The notes beneath the pieces were generated by a model. The model ran no database searches, had not been told where the DNA came from, and saw nothing but the letters and a program-made list of their open reading frames with translations. A stretch of 64,000 nt of DNA from an uncultured Chitinophagaceae bacterium (GTDB lineage: Bacteria > Bacteroidota > Bacteroidia > Chitinophagales > Chitinophagaceae), in the NCBI GenBank assembly GCA_964505195.1, contig CAZDGV010000005.1:17749-81748 (forward strand), in the 5' to 3' direction. The position numbers and the translations under genes were made by a program. Positions 45,410 to 56,268 of the stretch are shown here, piece after piece (within the stretch, counting starts at the first letter, position 1; the number at the start of each line of letters is the position of its first letter).

Positions 45410-46006
45410 ATGATACAAACAGGCAATACCATTATCAGCATTTACACCGAGATGACGCCCAATCCGGAAACTATGAAGTTTGTGGCGAACAAGCTCTTAT
45501 ACCCCGGCAAAAGCATCGATTTTCCCGATGTGGATTCCGCCGCTCCCTCACCGTTGGCGCAAGAGCTCTTCGGCTTCCCCTTTGTGAAGGCGGTTTTCAT
45601 TGCCAGCAACTTTATTACTCTTACCCGTAACAATCCGGAAATGGAGTGGCAGGATGTGATACCAACTGTTCGTCAGTTTTTGAAGGAATACCTCGAAGCA
45701 GGTAAAACCGTTATCGATGAGGAGAAAGTTCCGCAACAGGCTGCTCCAGAAGTGGTACTAACGGGCGATGAAAGCGATGTGGTACAGCGCATACAGGAAA
45801 TTCTTGAGAACTATGTTAAGCCCGCAGTGGAAATGGATGGAGGCGCTATTCAGTTTAAAAGTTTTAAGGATGGCCGCGTGAATCTCATGCTTCAGGGCAG
45901 TTGCAGTGGTTGTCCTTCTTCCATGATCACGCTTAAGGCGGGAATCGAGGGAATGATGAAGCGTATGATTCCCGAAGTGAAAGAAGTAGTGGCTGAAGCA
46001 GAATAA
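45410..46006 (+). CDS. NifU/Nfu family Fe-S cluster scaffold/carrier (Nfu_N plus NifU C-terminal domain)
   Basis: 198 aa. IYTEMTPNPETMKFV at the N-terminus and the CSGCPSS (CxxC) motif in the C-terminal domain. Confidence 0.85.
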   Translation: MIQTGNTIISIYTEMTPNPETMKFVANKLLYPGKSIDFPDVDSAAPSPLAQELFGFPFVKAVFIASNFITLTRNNPEMEWQDVIPTVRQFLKEYLEAGKTVIDEEKVPQQAAPEVVLTGDESDVVQRIQEILENYVKPAVEMDGGAIQFKSFKDGRVNLMLQGSCSGCPSSMITLKAGIEGMMKRMIPEVKEVVAEAE

Positions 46007-46053
46007 TCCTTTACAAATACTTAAATCATAAGCGATGCATTGCATCGCTTTTT

Positions 46054-46629
46054 TTATGAATATACTTTTTCGAGGTGCGCCATTCCCTGTTCCGGCAGCT
46101 TACCCTCGATAGGAGCAAAAAATGCAGCAATTTTTTTAAAGTCTTCCGCCTCATTATCTGATAATGTCATCAGTTCGCCAAAAACAAGGGTTTTGTGCTT
46201 AAAGTCCATTCCCACAGGCAAAATTGGTACTCCGGCTGTTTTTGCGATATGATAAAACCCCGTACGTAGCTTTTCAACTCTTTTTCTTGTTCCTTCTGGT
46301 GATATAGCTAAACGGAATACTTCTTCCTGTGAAAATTTTGCGGCGGCCTGTTCTACCATGCCCTGGCTGCTGAAGCGGTCTACCGGTGTGCCGCCTACCA
46401 TTCTGAAAAACCATCCAAAAGGTCCGTCGAACAACTCTTTTTTACCCAGGAAATAGGCTTTTGGGATGGGAACCGCTTCCCTGGCTGCCATGCCTACCAC
46501 AATATCCCATGCGGAAGTATGCGGACCTACTGCAATCACAAATTTTTTTACATGATCAGGAAACACGCCCTTTACCGTCCAACCGCTGAGTTTCCACCAT
46601 AAAATAAGCAACCATCGAAGCATATACAA
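46054..46629 (-). CDS. 1-acyl-sn-glycerol-3-phosphate acyltransferase family protein
   Basis: 191 aa. HxxxxD acyltransferase motif (GPHTSAWD) and an SPEGTR block. Confidence 0.75.
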   Translation of the reverse strand: MYMLRWLLILWWKLSGWTVKGVFPDHVKKFVIAVGPHTSAWDIVVGMAAREAVPIPKAYFLGKKELFDGPFGWFFRMVGGTPVDRFSSQGMVEQAAAKFSQEEVFRLAISPEGTRKRVEKLRTGFYHIAKTAGVPILPVGMDFKHKTLVFGELMTLSDNEAEDFKKIAAFFAPIEGKLPEQGMAHLEKVYS

Positions 46630-46787
46630 TCGTATGAGCGTGTAATGTAAATGATTTTTAACTGTTTTGTATAGAAACTAAAGCAGCGCCTATTAATGGT
46701 TATCTGAAAGGCTGACATATCTCATTTTGGGGCGGTGTGATTTCATCTATTCTTGTAGTTCGCTTATTTAATTCGAAAACATCTGCT

Positions 46788-48650
46788 ATGTTTGACATTT
46801 CAAATAACACCTTTGATATGATTGCCCCTGCCAAAACCGAAATGAAACAATGGGTTGAGAAAATGGCCCAGCATTTTCAACCTGAAAAAGTGTACTGGTG
46901 TAATGGCTCCCAGGAGGAGTACGATGCTTTTTGTCAGCAGCTGGTGGATAAAGGAACTTTTATCCGCCTCAACGCTGAAAAGCGACCTAACAGCTTCGCC
47001 TGTTTCAGCGATCCCAGTGATGTTGCCCGCGTGGAAGACCGCACTTATATCTGCAGTCGCCGTAAAGAAGATGCAGGTCCCACCAACAACTGGATGGATC
47101 CCAATGAAATGAAAACCACCCTCGAAGGACTTACCAAGGGATGCATGCAAGGTCGTACCATGTATGTAATTCCTTTTTGTATGGGCCCTGTAGGCTCGCC
47201 TTTGTCGCGCTATGGCATTGAAATAACCGACAGCGAATATGTGGTGGTGAACATGAAAATCATGACGCGCATTGGAGATGCGGTAATGCCTCATATTGGT
47301 AAGGATTTTGTGAAATGTGTTCATACGCTTGGAGCTCCTTTATCGCCCGGACAAAAAGATGTGAAGTGGCCTTGTAACCCAACAGTTAAATACATCACCC
47401 ATTTTCCCGAAGAGCGCCTTATTATTTCTTATGGAAGTGGTTATGGCGGTAATGCACTCTTGGGTAAAAAATGCTTTGCCCTGCGCATTGCCAGTGTAAT
47501 GGCCCGTGAAGAGGGTTGGCTGGCCGAGCATATGCTGATTTTGGGCGTGGAAAGTCCGGAAAAAGAAAAGACCTATGTGGCAGCTGCCTTCCCGAGCGCA
47601 TGCGGTAAAACCAATTTTGCCATGATGATACCGCCCAAAGAAATGGGTGGCTGGAAAATTACAACGGTGGGCGATGATATCGCCTGGATACATAAAGGAA
47701 CTGATGGCAGGCTTTATGCCATCAACCCCGAAGCGGGTTATTTTGGTGTTGCCCCCGGTACCAATGCCAAAACCAACCCCAATGCAATGGAAACCATCCG
47801 CGCCAACACCCTTTTTACCAACGTTGCCATTACGCCCGACGGGGATGTGTGGTGGGAAGGTATGACCAAAGAGGTGCCCGATGGTTTGACCGACTGGACC
47901 GGTAAGCCCTACGATAAAAATAGCGGTAAGCCCGCAGCGCACCCCAATGCACGCTTTACCGCACCGGCTTATCAAAATCCTGCCATCGATGAGCATTGGG
48001 AAAGCCTCGAAGGTGTGCCCGTAAAAGCGTTCATTTTTGGAGGTCGACGCAGCACAGCCGTGCCGCTAGTTTATCAGGCCTTTAACTGGAACTATGGTGT
48101 ATATATGGCTGCAACCATGGGTAGCGAAATGACAGCTGCTGCATTTGGTGAGTTAGGAAAAGTGCGCCGCGATCCTTTCGCCATGCTGCCCTTCCTCGGC
48201 TATCATATGGGAGAATATTTTAATCACTGGTTACAATTTGGGCGTGACCTTCCCAATGCGCCACGCATTTTTGGCGTGAACTGGTTTAGAAAAGATGAGA
48301 ACGGCGAATTCGCCTGGCCGGGTTTCGGACAAAATATGCGGGTGTTACAGTGGATCATCAAGCGCTGCAAAGGCAATGCTGCTGCAGTAGAATGCCCGAT
48401 TGGTTGGAGACCACGCTATCGCGATATCGACTGGACCGGAATGGAAGAGTTTACCAAGGATCAGTTTAATAAAATCATGATGATTGAAAGGGAGCCCTGG
48501 AAGCAGGAAATTTTGGGGCATGAAGAGTTATTTGAAAAGTTATACGATCGCATCCCCAAAGAATTTTTCTTTATGAAGGAATTGCTTTTGTCGAGCTTGT
48601 GGCGTTCACCCGAAACATGGGAGCTGGCACCCGAAAGGAATGATCATTAA
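46788..48650 (+). CDS. pckG: Phosphoenolpyruvate carboxykinase (GTP-dependent)
   Basis: Carries [30 protein letters not shown] (kinase-1a/P-loop) and VGDDIAW motifs. I prefer ATG 46788 (MFDISNN...) over the track GTG at 46737. Confidence 0.95.
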   Translation: MFDISNNTFDMIAPAKTEMKQWVEKMAQHFQPEKVYWCNGSQEEYDAFCQQLVDKGTFIRLNAEKRPNSFACFSDPSDVARVEDRTYICSRRKEDAGPTNNWMDPNEMKTTLEGLTKGCMQGRTMYVIPFCMGPVGSPLSRYGIEITDSEYVVVNMKIMTRIGDAVMPHIGKDFVKCVHTLGAPLSPGQKDVKWPCNPTVKYITHFPEERLIISYGSGYGGNALLGKKCFALRIASVMAREEGWLAEHMLILGVESPEKEKTYVAAAFPSACGKTNFAMMIPPKEMGGWKITTVGDDIAWIHKGTDGRLYAINPEAGYFGVAPGTNAKTNPNAMETIRANTLFTNVAITPDGDVWWEGMTKEVPDGLTDWTGKPYDKNSGKPAAHPNARFTAPAYQNPAIDEHWESLEGVPVKAFIFGGRRSTAVPLVYQAFNWNYGVYMAATMGSEMTAAAFGELGKVRRDPFAMLPFLGYHMGEYFNHWLQFGRDLPNAPRIFGVNWFRKDENGEFAWPGFGQNMRVLQWIIKRCKGNAAAVECPIGWRPRYRDIDWTGMEEFTKDQFNKIMMIEREPWKQEILGHEELFEKLYDRIPKEFFFMKELLLSSLWRSPETWELAPERNDH

Positions 48651-48667
48651 AGATGTTTGTAAAAAGT

Positions 48668-48696
48668 AAAAGCCGCAGATACCTGCGGCTTTTTTA
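48668..48696 (+). terminator. Intrinsic terminator downstream of pckG
   Basis: AGCCGCAG (48671-48678), loop ATAC, CTGCGGCT (48683-48690), followed by a T run. Confidence 0.85.
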
Positions 48697-48785
48697 TTTC
48701 GAATACTTATGATGTTTTGCTGCATGTATCATCAGGGGTAAACCGCAAGTAAAACGGCTTAGTTGATGATCTTAGACAGCATTCA

Positions 48786-49553
48786 TTATTCACCCGGGAT
48801 GGCTTCTTTTCTGCGGCGTAAGCGCATATTGATGAGTTCTACTACCAGCGAAAACGCCAGCGCAGTGTAGATATACCCTTTGTTGAAATCCTGATGGAAG
48901 CCATTTGCAATCAGAATGATTGCGATGGCAATCAGAAATGCAAGTGCGAGTATTTGTAATGAAGGCTGCTGATTGATGAATCTTGAAATGGGTCCGGCAA
49001 AAGCCATCATTACACCCATGCTTATGCCAACAGCGATAATCATGATGATCACATTATCTACCAGGCCGATGGCTGTAAGAATGCTGTCGACACTAAAAAT
49101 CGCATCTACGAGTACAATCTGAAGTATTACCATTCCGAATGTAGCACTGCCTTTCGCGCTGAGCGGTTTGGATGCCTGCTCCAGTTTATGATGAATTTCG
49201 AGCGTGCTTTTGGTAAGTAGAAAAATGCCGCCTACAATTAAAATCACATCTTTCCAGCTAATAGCAAGTGCTTTGCCCACTTCTTTAGGGTCCTCCATAA
49301 AGGAGAGTTCAAAAACGGGTTCTTTCAACTGCATGATCCAGGTAATGCCAAATAACAGTGCAACACGCATTACCAGGGCCAGTGTTAAACCTATATTACG
49401 TGCTTTCGGCTGGAGCGATGCAGGTAGTTTGTTTGCAACAATGGAAATGAAAATAATATTATCCACGCCCAAAACAATTTCTAAAAAAGTTAAGGTGAGG
49501 AGACTAATCCAAACACCCGGATTGGAAAAATCAGGGATCGTCATCAACAGCAT
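48786..49553 (-). CDS. TerC family integral membrane protein
   Basis: 255 aa. LEIVLGVDNIIFISIV and FSVDSILTAIG repeats typical of TerC/Alx-type proteins. Confidence 0.85.
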   Translation of the reverse strand: MLLMTIPDFSNPGVWISLLTLTFLEIVLGVDNIIFISIVANKLPASLQPKARNIGLTLALVMRVALLFGITWIMQLKEPVFELSFMEDPKEVGKALAISWKDVILIVGGIFLLTKSTLEIHHKLEQASKPLSAKGSATFGMVILQIVLVDAIFSVDSILTAIGLVDNVIIMIIAVGISMGVMMAFAGPISRFINQQPSLQILALAFLIAIAIILIANGFHQDFNKGYIYTALAFSLVVELINMRLRRRKEAIPGE

Positions 49554-49683
49554 AAATATTTTTTTGCAAAGCTATTATAAAAGCTTGAACCCTTGTATCA
49601 GAAAGGAATTTTACAGGAAAGATGGAAGCGTTACAGTGATGAATGTTCTATTTTTGATCAGAATCATTTTTTTAAAACCTTCC

Positions 49684-51522
49684 ATGCTGCACCGGTTATT
49701 TTCGTTTCTTTTAAGCATCCTTTTTTTATGCGCAGCAAATTGGTGTGTGGCACAGCAATTCCGTACTCAGGGCAGTGCGATACAAGCCGATGCATTCACT
49801 TATACCATTACGCCCGATGCCCAGGCGAAAGCAGGGATGGTTACCAATTATTATCCGCAGCAACTATCCAAAAACTTTACCATTGCCTTTGAACTTAATT
49901 TCGGTACCAAAGACGCTTCGGGTGCAGACGGGTTTGCTTTTTTGCTCAGCAATGTTTGTGCCCCATCGCTTAGTCTCGGGCAGGGGTTGGGCGTGAGTGG
50001 TATTGACCAGTCGATTGTAGTAGAATTCGACACCTGGGATAATGGCAGCAACAACAATGATATCCCACAAGATCATGTGGGCATATATAGCAACGGCCAG
50101 CTGAATTTGGCAGGCAATATTATGGATGGAACTACGGTGCCCGTGTGTATGCTTTCGAATTGCGCTAATATGGAAGATGGTCAGTGGCATAATATTGAAA
50201 TACGTTGGGAATACCTTTCCGCTACTTCACAGCGACTTAGTGTTTATATCAATGGGAATCTCAGAACCAGTTCTACCCGCAATCATATAGCAGAGCGGTT
50301 TAACAACACGCAAACCGTTTTCTGGTCTGTTTCGGGATCAACAGGAGGCTCAAGCAACCTGCACCAGTTCAGGGTTGCTCCCAACAATAATAACCTGATC
50401 AATGGATGTGAAGGAAAAGTGTTCACGCTCAATGCGCCTGAAATGGGCAGCAACTATCAGTGGAGTGGGGGCTCCAGTTCTGTCAATAATCAGGCAACCT
50501 ATACTGCTTTGCGCAGCACAACCATCACCTGTAATTACACCGATTTTTGCGGACAAAACAATGCTGTAAATTTTCTTGTTACCGTATATCCTAATCCGGT
50601 TGCACAGGTAACTGATCAGGTGGCATGTGCCGCCAAACCGGCAACGATAAAAGCGTTGCCTGATGATGCCGATGATTTTAATTATGAATGGCAGGTACCT
50701 TCCGGCGTTCCGAATCCGGGCAATAAGGCAAGTTTTACTACAACGGTTGCCGGAAATTATGCTGCAGTCATTGAATCAAAATTAAGCGGATGCAGAAGCG
50801 AGCCTGCAACAGGAAGTCTGCGTTTTACTCCTGCAACCCGTGCAAATTTTACAGCTGTAGGTCCTTATTGTTTGGGAGATAATATCCCATCACTGCCTAC
50901 GCTTTCATTGAATGGAATTCCCGGCACCTGGTCGCCTGCAGTAAATAACCAGCGTACTACTAGTTATGGTTTTAATCCCGATCCATCAGTATGTGCCGTG
51001 GCCGATAGTTTACAAATTGTTATACAGCTTCCTCCCACCGTTTCCTTGCTACAAGACACTTCCATCTGCAAGGGGACTCCGTTGTTGCTTACTCCTATTG
51101 TAAGCGGTGTATCGCTACGCTATTTGTGGCAGGATGGAAGTACTGCTCCTGGTTTTTCGGTTACGCAAGCAGGTACATACACGGTTGGAGTTTCAAATCG
51201 TTGCGGAACTACAAGTGCTTCCGTCAAGATCAGTGAAGTTCTATGTGAATTGTTTGTCCCGAATGCTTTTACGCCCAATGGCGATGGACTGAACGATCTG
51301 TTTCGTATCCGCGGCGGAGCCGCTATTCAGGATTTCAGTATGCAAATCTTCAATCGATGGGGCAAATTGATTTTTGAAACAAATGATCCTCAGATCGGCT
51401 GGGATGGAACACTTAATGGTATTCTGCAGCCTACCGGAGCCTATGTATATAGAATTCAATTTACGCGTACCGACAATCAAACATCAAGTCAGCGAAAGGG
51501 AATGCTCCAGTTGATGAGGTAA
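49684..51522 (+). CDS. Secreted L-type (legume-like) lectin domain protein with Ig-like repeats and a T9SS type-B C-terminal sorting domain
   Basis: Signal MLHRLFSFLLSILFLCAANWCVAQ. Lectin-like GADGFAFLL...IVVEFDTWDN...DHVGIY. C-terminal VPNAFTPNGDGLNDLFRI...IFNRWGKLIFE...GWDGT...GAYVY (gliding-motility C-terminal domain). ATG 49639 is an alternative start. The track extension back to 49204 overlaps terC. Confidence 0.8.
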   Translation: MLHRLFSFLLSILFLCAANWCVAQQFRTQGSAIQADAFTYTITPDAQAKAGMVTNYYPQQLSKNFTIAFELNFGTKDASGADGFAFLLSNVCAPSLSLGQGLGVSGIDQSIVVEFDTWDNGSNNNDIPQDHVGIYSNGQLNLAGNIMDGTTVPVCMLSNCANMEDGQWHNIEIRWEYLSATSQRLSVYINGNLRTSSTRNHIAERFNNTQTVFWSVSGSTGGSSNLHQFRVAPNNNNLINGCEGKVFTLNAPEMGSNYQWSGGSSSVNNQATYTALRSTTITCNYTDFCGQNNAVNFLVTVYPNPVAQVTDQVACAAKPATIKALPDDADDFNYEWQVPSGVPNPGNKASFTTTVAGNYAAVIESKLSGCRSEPATGSLRFTPATRANFTAVGPYCLGDNIPSLPTLSLNGIPGTWSPAVNNQRTTSYGFNPDPSVCAVADSLQIVIQLPPTVSLLQDTSICKGTPLLLTPIVSGVSLRYLWQDGSTAPGFSVTQAGTYTVGVSNRCGTTSASVKISEVLCELFVPNAFTPNGDGLNDLFRIRGGAAIQDFSMQIFNRWGKLIFETNDPQIGWDGTLNGILQPTGAYVYRIQFTRTDNQTSSQRKGMLQLMR

Positions 51523-51543
51523 TATTTAATTTTTCGCGCGCAC

Positions 51544-51567
51544 AAAAAAACCCGACGATCAGTCGGG
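51544..51567 (-). terminator. Intrinsic terminator for the minus-strand DUF4920 gene (may also stop the convergent lectin gene)
   Basis: CCCGAC / GTCGGG hairpin with a 5-nt loop (51551-51567). On the minus strand it is followed by a run of 7 T (plus-strand A run 51544-51550). Confidence 0.7.
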
Positions 51568-51592
51568 GTGTAAACTATATTACGCAAATAAT

Positions 51593-52066
51593 TTAAAGTA
51601 CCAATACTCCTTTTGCAATAAACTGCACTTCTTTTTTAGACTGCGTGATTTTTTCAATTTCTTCCTTGCTTTTACCACCATCTTCCGCATAATGCTTTTG
51701 CTGTGCTACCGACAGTTCTTTTATTTTGGCTTCACCATCCATAACAACGGTATGTCCCACCAAATCTTTCGGCATAAAAAAGCCATAGTCTTTAAAACGA
51801 ACCAGCATGGTTTCGCCATTTGGTTTTTCTACCCGCATCCAGCATCCTTTCTCAAGGCATACTTCCGTTACTTTACCACTTACTTTTCCTTCGTAAACAC
51901 CTTTTTCTTCCACCCATTTTTCCATGGCAGCAATGCCAATGGCATCTTTCTTTTCAATGGTTGCCCCATAATTTACTCCTTTGGCGGCCGGGGGAATGCT
52001 TTGGGCATGGGCGAATAATATGGTCGCGCTGAGGAGAAGTGTACAAAATAGCTGCTTCATATTCAT
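51593..52066 (-). CDS. DUF4920 domain-containing secreted protein
   Basis: Signal peptide ...LLLSATILFAHAQ. The KVTEVCLEKGCWMRV motif is one I recognise from DUF4920. The start is ATG 52066 or 52060; the track start at 52078 is a TTG. Confidence 0.6.
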   Translation of the reverse strand: MNMKQLFCTLLLSATILFAHAQSIPPAAKGVNYGATIEKKDAIGIAAMEKWVEEKGVYEGKVSGKVTEVCLEKGCWMRVEKPNGETMLVRFKDYGFFMPKDLVGHTVVMDGEAKIKELSVAQQKHYAEDGGKSKEEIEKITQSKKEVQFIAKGVLVL

Positions 52067-52240
52067 TTGATTGAACAATAAAGGTACAATCCGCTTCCGG
52101 GCCCTGCAATAAAAAAATGCTAAAAAAATTGGAATCTAAATATTTTAGCATTAGTTTTGCTAATATCATTAGTGTTAACAATTTAACGTCGCCACATTAT
52201 GGAACAGGAATTAATTTTGGAGCAACCTAAAAAGGAAAAA

Positions 52241-53257
52241 ATGAGCAAGGAAAACAAGGAGTCATCGGAAAAGCTGAAAGCGCTAAAACTCACGATAGAC
52301 AAGATAGATAAGGATTTTGGCAAGGGCAGCGTGATGATGATGAACGAACGTGGGGAGCAGCTGTTGGAGGTGATTTCCACTGGCTCTATTGGTCTTGACG
52401 CGGCATTAGGAGTGGGCGGTGTTCCAAAAGGAAGAATCGTAGAAATTTATGGTCCTGAATCCAGCGGTAAAACTACGGTCGCAACGCATATCATAGCCGA
52501 AGCCCAGAAAAAGGGTGGCATTTGTGCCATTATCGATGCGGAGCATGCATTCGACAGTGCCTATGCCCAGAAATTGGGGGTGGATGTTGACAATCTGCTC
52601 ATTTCCCAGCCTGATTATGGCGAACAGGCGCTTGAAATTGCCGACCGTCTTATTTTATCCGGTGCGCTCGATGTAGTAGTGATCGACTCAGTTGCGGCAC
52701 TGGTGCCCAAGGGTGAACTGGAAGGAGAAATGGGCGACAGCAAAATGGGTTTACAGGCCCGCTTGATGAGCCAGGCACTGCGCAAGCTCACCGCTACCAT
52801 CAGCAAAACACATACCATCTGTATTTTCATCAATCAGCTCCGTGAAAAAATCGGTGTGATGTTTGGTAATCCTGAAACCACCACCGGTGGTAATGCACTT
52901 AAGTTTTATGCATCGGTGCGATTGGATATTCGTCGTAGCACACAAATTAAAGATGGCGATGAAGCCATCGGAAACCGTGTAAAAGTGAAGGTGGTTAAAA
53001 ACAAAGTAGCGCCCCCTTTCCGTGCTGCCGAATTCGATATCATTTTTGGCGAAGGCATTTCAAAAACCGGTGAAATCATTGACATGGGAGTAGAGCTGGG
53101 TATCGTACAGAAAAACGGAAGTTGGTTTAGTTATAACGGCGATAAATTGGGACAGGGCCGCGATGCCGTAAAGCAACTGCTGCTCGATAACCCCGAGCTT
53201 TCTGCCGAAATAGAAGGAAAGATCCGCGAGAAAATTAAGGAAATGCAAGCAGCGTAG
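52241..53257 (+). CDS. recA: Recombinase RecA
   Basis: Walker [10 protein letters not shown], with IIDAEHAFD and [38 protein letters not shown] prefer ATG 52241 ([15 protein letters not shown]...). The upstream in-frame ATG at 52199 is also possible. Confidence 0.97.
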   Translation: MSKENKESSEKLKALKLTIDKIDKDFGKGSVMMMNERGEQLLEVISTGSIGLDAALGVGGVPKGRIVEIYGPESSGKTTVATHIIAEAQKKGGICAIIDAEHAFDSAYAQKLGVDVDNLLISQPDYGEQALEIADRLILSGALDVVVIDSVAALVPKGELEGEMGDSKMGLQARLMSQALRKLTATISKTHTICIFINQLREKIGVMFGNPETTTGGNALKFYASVRLDIRRSTQIKDGDEAIGNRVKVKVVKNKVAPPFRAAEFDIIFGEGISKTGEIIDMGVELGIVQKNGSWFSYNGDKLGQGRDAVKQLLLDNPELSAEIEGKIREKIKEMQAA

Positions 53258-53282
53258 TCATTTATTTGGGTTAGTAATAGCG

Positions 53283-53315
53283 AAAGCACCGGTAATCCGG
53301 TGCTTTTTTGTTTTT
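53283..53315 (+). terminator. Intrinsic terminator downstream of recA
   Basis: AAAGCACCGG, loop TAAT, CCGGTGCTTT, followed by TTTTGTTTTT. Confidence 0.85.
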
Positions 53316-53445
53316 CATCTCTGCTTATCCTTTTACAATGCTTTTTAAGCAAGATCAATCAGCAACACTTAATGAATAGAAGCAATAATATCTTCAAAGT
53401 TTTGTAGTTCAAAAAACTAAGCTAATTTGCTTCAAACGAACTGCT

Positions 53446-55098
53446 ATGCGAATCTGTTTTCTTTTTTCTGCTTTCTTCCTATTTCAAACCGTTGTTGCAC
53501 AAACCAACGATACCATCACTACGACAGATCTTTCCAGAGCTGCTAATATCTTCGGAATTTCTTTTACGCCTGCCGAGCGCGATTCAATGCTGCGCGAAGT
53601 GGTTGACAATCGTACTGCCTATGCGCGCATGCGCATCCTACCAATCGATAACAGCGTTCCTCCAAGCATCTGGCAGCAGGCTTTGCTTCCCGGTATGGCC
53701 ACACCTGCACCTCAGCAAAAAGTGAAATGGAACATTGCCTCAAAACTTACTTTGCCCGCCAATAAAAATGAGCTTGCTTTTTATTCCGTTTTACAGCTCG
53801 CATCGTTGATTAAGTATAAAAAAATCAGTTCGGTTGAGCTAACACGCTACTTTATTGATCGCATAAAAAAATACGGTGATACACTAGAATGTGTCATTAC
53901 CATAACAGAAGACATTGCCCTGCAACAGGCAGCACAGGCCGATGCAGAAATTGCTGCCGGAAAGTATCGCGGTCCGCTGCATGGTATTCCCTATGGATTA
54001 AAAGATCTCTTCGCAGTAAAAGGAACACGCACTACTTGGGGCGCTGCGCCTTATAAAGAACAGATGATTGATGAAGACGCACATGTATATACCAAGCTGA
54101 AAGATGCAGGAGCAGTATTGGTAGCGAAGTTTACATTAGGCGCTTTGGCAATGGGCGACTGGTGGTATGGAGGCCGTACGCGTAATCCCTGGAATTTGAA
54201 TTATGGTTCTTCCGGTTCATCTGCAGGTTCTGCAGCTGCCACTGCAGCAGGCTTGGTTCCCTTTGCGATTGGAACGGAAACATATGGTTCCATCATTTCA
54301 CCTTCACATACCTGTGGCGCAACCGGACTCAGACCCACTTTTGGAAGTATTGGTCGCGGTGGTGCCATGACCTTAAGCTGGAGTTTAGATAAAGTAGGTC
54401 CCATTTGCAGAAGTGCGGAAGATGCTGCTGTTGTTTTTTATCATCTTAAAGGAAAAGATGCAGCCGATCCTGCATCGGTAGATATGCCTTTCAACTACAC
54501 AGGTAAAGCCGAGTGGCAAAATCTACGTATTGGCTATGCTAAAAATTATTTCGACCGTATACGTGATACAACGGCGAATGAATACAAGGTGTTGAACGCA
54601 CTCAAAGCAATGGGCGTTCAGCTGATACCGCTTTCGTTTCCAGACTCATCGATTTATTCATTCGACATGATGGGTATTGTAATTGGTAGTGAAAGTGCTG
54701 CAGCTTTTGACGCCTTTACCCGCAGCGGACTGGATGACCAGATGACGCGTCAAAATCGAAGCGACTGGCCCAACAGTTTTCGTGCATGGCGATTTATTCC
54801 TGCTGTTGAATACATTAATGCCAATCGCCATCGCTATCTAATGATGCGTGCGATGGATCAGTTTTTCAAGCAGGTAGATGTGGTGATTGCGCCCACTTTC
54901 TCAGGGAATCAAATGGCCGTCACCAATCTTACGGGACACCCCGCACTCTGCTTCCCCACCGGCGTTGGCAGAAGCAACTTGCCGACCAGTATTACTTTGC
55001 TGGGCAAATTATTTGATGAAGCAACATTACTTGCGGTTGGAAAAGCCATTCAGGAAGCAACCGGATGGCATAATAAGCATCCTGAAAGATTTCGATAA
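53446..55098 (+). CDS. Amidase-signature family amidase, secreted
   Basis: 550 aa. Signal peptide ending TVVAQ. Ser/Gly-rich amidase signature GSSGSSAGSAAATAAGLVPFAIGTETYGSI and an upstream K (GLKDLF). Confidence 0.85.
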   Translation: MRICFLFSAFFLFQTVVAQTNDTITTTDLSRAANIFGISFTPAERDSMLREVVDNRTAYARMRILPIDNSVPPSIWQQALLPGMATPAPQQKVKWNIASKLTLPANKNELAFYSVLQLASLIKYKKISSVELTRYFIDRIKKYGDTLECVITITEDIALQQAAQADAEIAAGKYRGPLHGIPYGLKDLFAVKGTRTTWGAAPYKEQMIDEDAHVYTKLKDAGAVLVAKFTLGALAMGDWWYGGRTRNPWNLNYGSSGSSAGSAAATAAGLVPFAIGTETYGSIISPSHTCGATGLRPTFGSIGRGGAMTLSWSLDKVGPICRSAEDAAVVFYHLKGKDAADPASVDMPFNYTGKAEWQNLRIGYAKNYFDRIRDTTANEYKVLNALKAMGVQLIPLSFPDSSIYSFDMMGIVIGSESAAAFDAFTRSGLDDQMTRQNRSDWPNSFRAWRFIPAVEYINANRHRYLMMRAMDQFFKQVDVVIAPTFSGNQMAVTNLTGHPALCFPTGVGRSNLPTSITLLGKLFDEATLLAVGKAIQEATGWHNKHPERFR

Positions 55099-55183
55099 AT
55101 ACATACGTATGTTAGTTGCTTAATGACTTACATTTAGATATATACAGATTCAGCTTACAACAATATTCATGTAACAAAAGATT

Positions 55184-56266
55184 ATGGACGCATTTCAAAC
55201 GGTCATTGTTGGTACGGGGTCATACATTCCTTCGGAAATAAAAAATAATCGAGATTTTACTGTGCACGATTTTTACGGTGAAAATCATCATCGTATTGAT
55301 GTGGATCCGGAAAAAATTGTCGAAAAGTTTCGCGAAATCACTGGTATTGAGGAAAGAAGATATGCAACAAAAGAGCTCAATGCTTCTGATATAGCCGCTA
55401 TGGCAGCAAAAGCGGCAATGGATGATAGTGGTCTTGATCCCGAAACGATTGATCAGATTATTGTTGCACATAATTTCGGAAATGTAATCAAGCATACCAT
55501 TCAAACAGATGCAGTTCCTTCTCTTGCATCACGCGTGAAACATCAACTCGGTATTAAAAATCCTGCATGCATAGCCTACGATGTTTTGTTTGGTTGTCCA
55601 GGCTGGATACAGGGCGTCATTCAGGCCGATGCTTTTTTTAAGGCGGGTATGGCCAAAAGAGCATTGGTGATTGGGGCTGAAACACTTTCACGGGTGATTG
55701 ATCCCTATGATCGCGACAGCATGATTTTTTCCGATGGCGCAGGTGCAACTGTTCTGGAATATCTTCCAGTGAATGAAGTAAAAAGCGGAATCCTAAGTTT
55801 CGCTGCATTATCGCATTGCATGGATGAAACTTATTACATCTATATGGGCAAGTCGAACTTTCCCGATAGTGATCCGCGCATTCGTTACATTAAAATGCAT
55901 GGACGTAAAGTGTATGAATACGCGATGAAATATGTTCCGGAAGCAATGAAAACCTGTTTAGATAAAAGCGGACTCGATATTCACGATGTTAAAAAAGTAT
56001 TTATTCACCAGGCCAATGAAAAAATGGATGAGGGAATGATTCAGCGCTTGTTTAAACTATACGGATTGCGCGAAGTCCCGGAACATATAATGCCGATGAG
56101 CATTCATAAACTAGGGAATAGTTCAGTGGCAACCGTTCCCACTTTATACGACATGGTTTTAAAGGGTGAAATGAAGCCCGAACATGAACTTCAGCAGGGA
56201 GATGTTGTGCTGTTTGCATCTGTTGGTGCGGGAATGAATATTAACGCAATTGCTTATCGCGTATAG
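55184..56266 (+). CDS. 3-oxoacyl-ACP synthase III family (FabH-like) condensing enzyme
   Basis: 360 aa. Active-site Cys context FGCPGW, a His in FIHQAN, and an Asn in GNSSVATVP. Confidence 0.8.
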   Translation: MDAFQTVIVGTGSYIPSEIKNNRDFTVHDFYGENHHRIDVDPEKIVEKFREITGIEERRYATKELNASDIAAMAAKAAMDDSGLDPETIDQIIVAHNFGNVIKHTIQTDAVPSLASRVKHQLGIKNPACIAYDVLFGCPGWIQGVIQADAFFKAGMAKRALVIGAETLSRVIDPYDRDSMIFSDGAGATVLEYLPVNEVKSGILSFAALSHCMDETYYIYMGKSNFPDSDPRIRYIKMHGRKVYEYAMKYVPEAMKTCLDKSGLDIHDVKKVFIHQANEKMDEGMIQRLFKLYGLREVPEHIMPMSIHKLGNSSVATVPTLYDMVLKGEMKPEHELQQGDVVLFASVGAGMNINAIAYRV

Positions 56267-56268
56267 CA

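Noticed and set aside
49204-49683. 160-codon N-terminal extension of the lectin/T9SS ORF in the track
   Set aside because: It overlaps the terC gene on the opposite strand. A clean signal peptide begins at ATG 49684, so the extension is an artefact of taking the most upstream start.
55101-55112. 12-bp perfect palindrome ACATACGTATGT just after the amidase stop
   Set aside because: It has no loop and no T tract, and a single occurrence of this size in AT-rich intergenic DNA is expected by chance.
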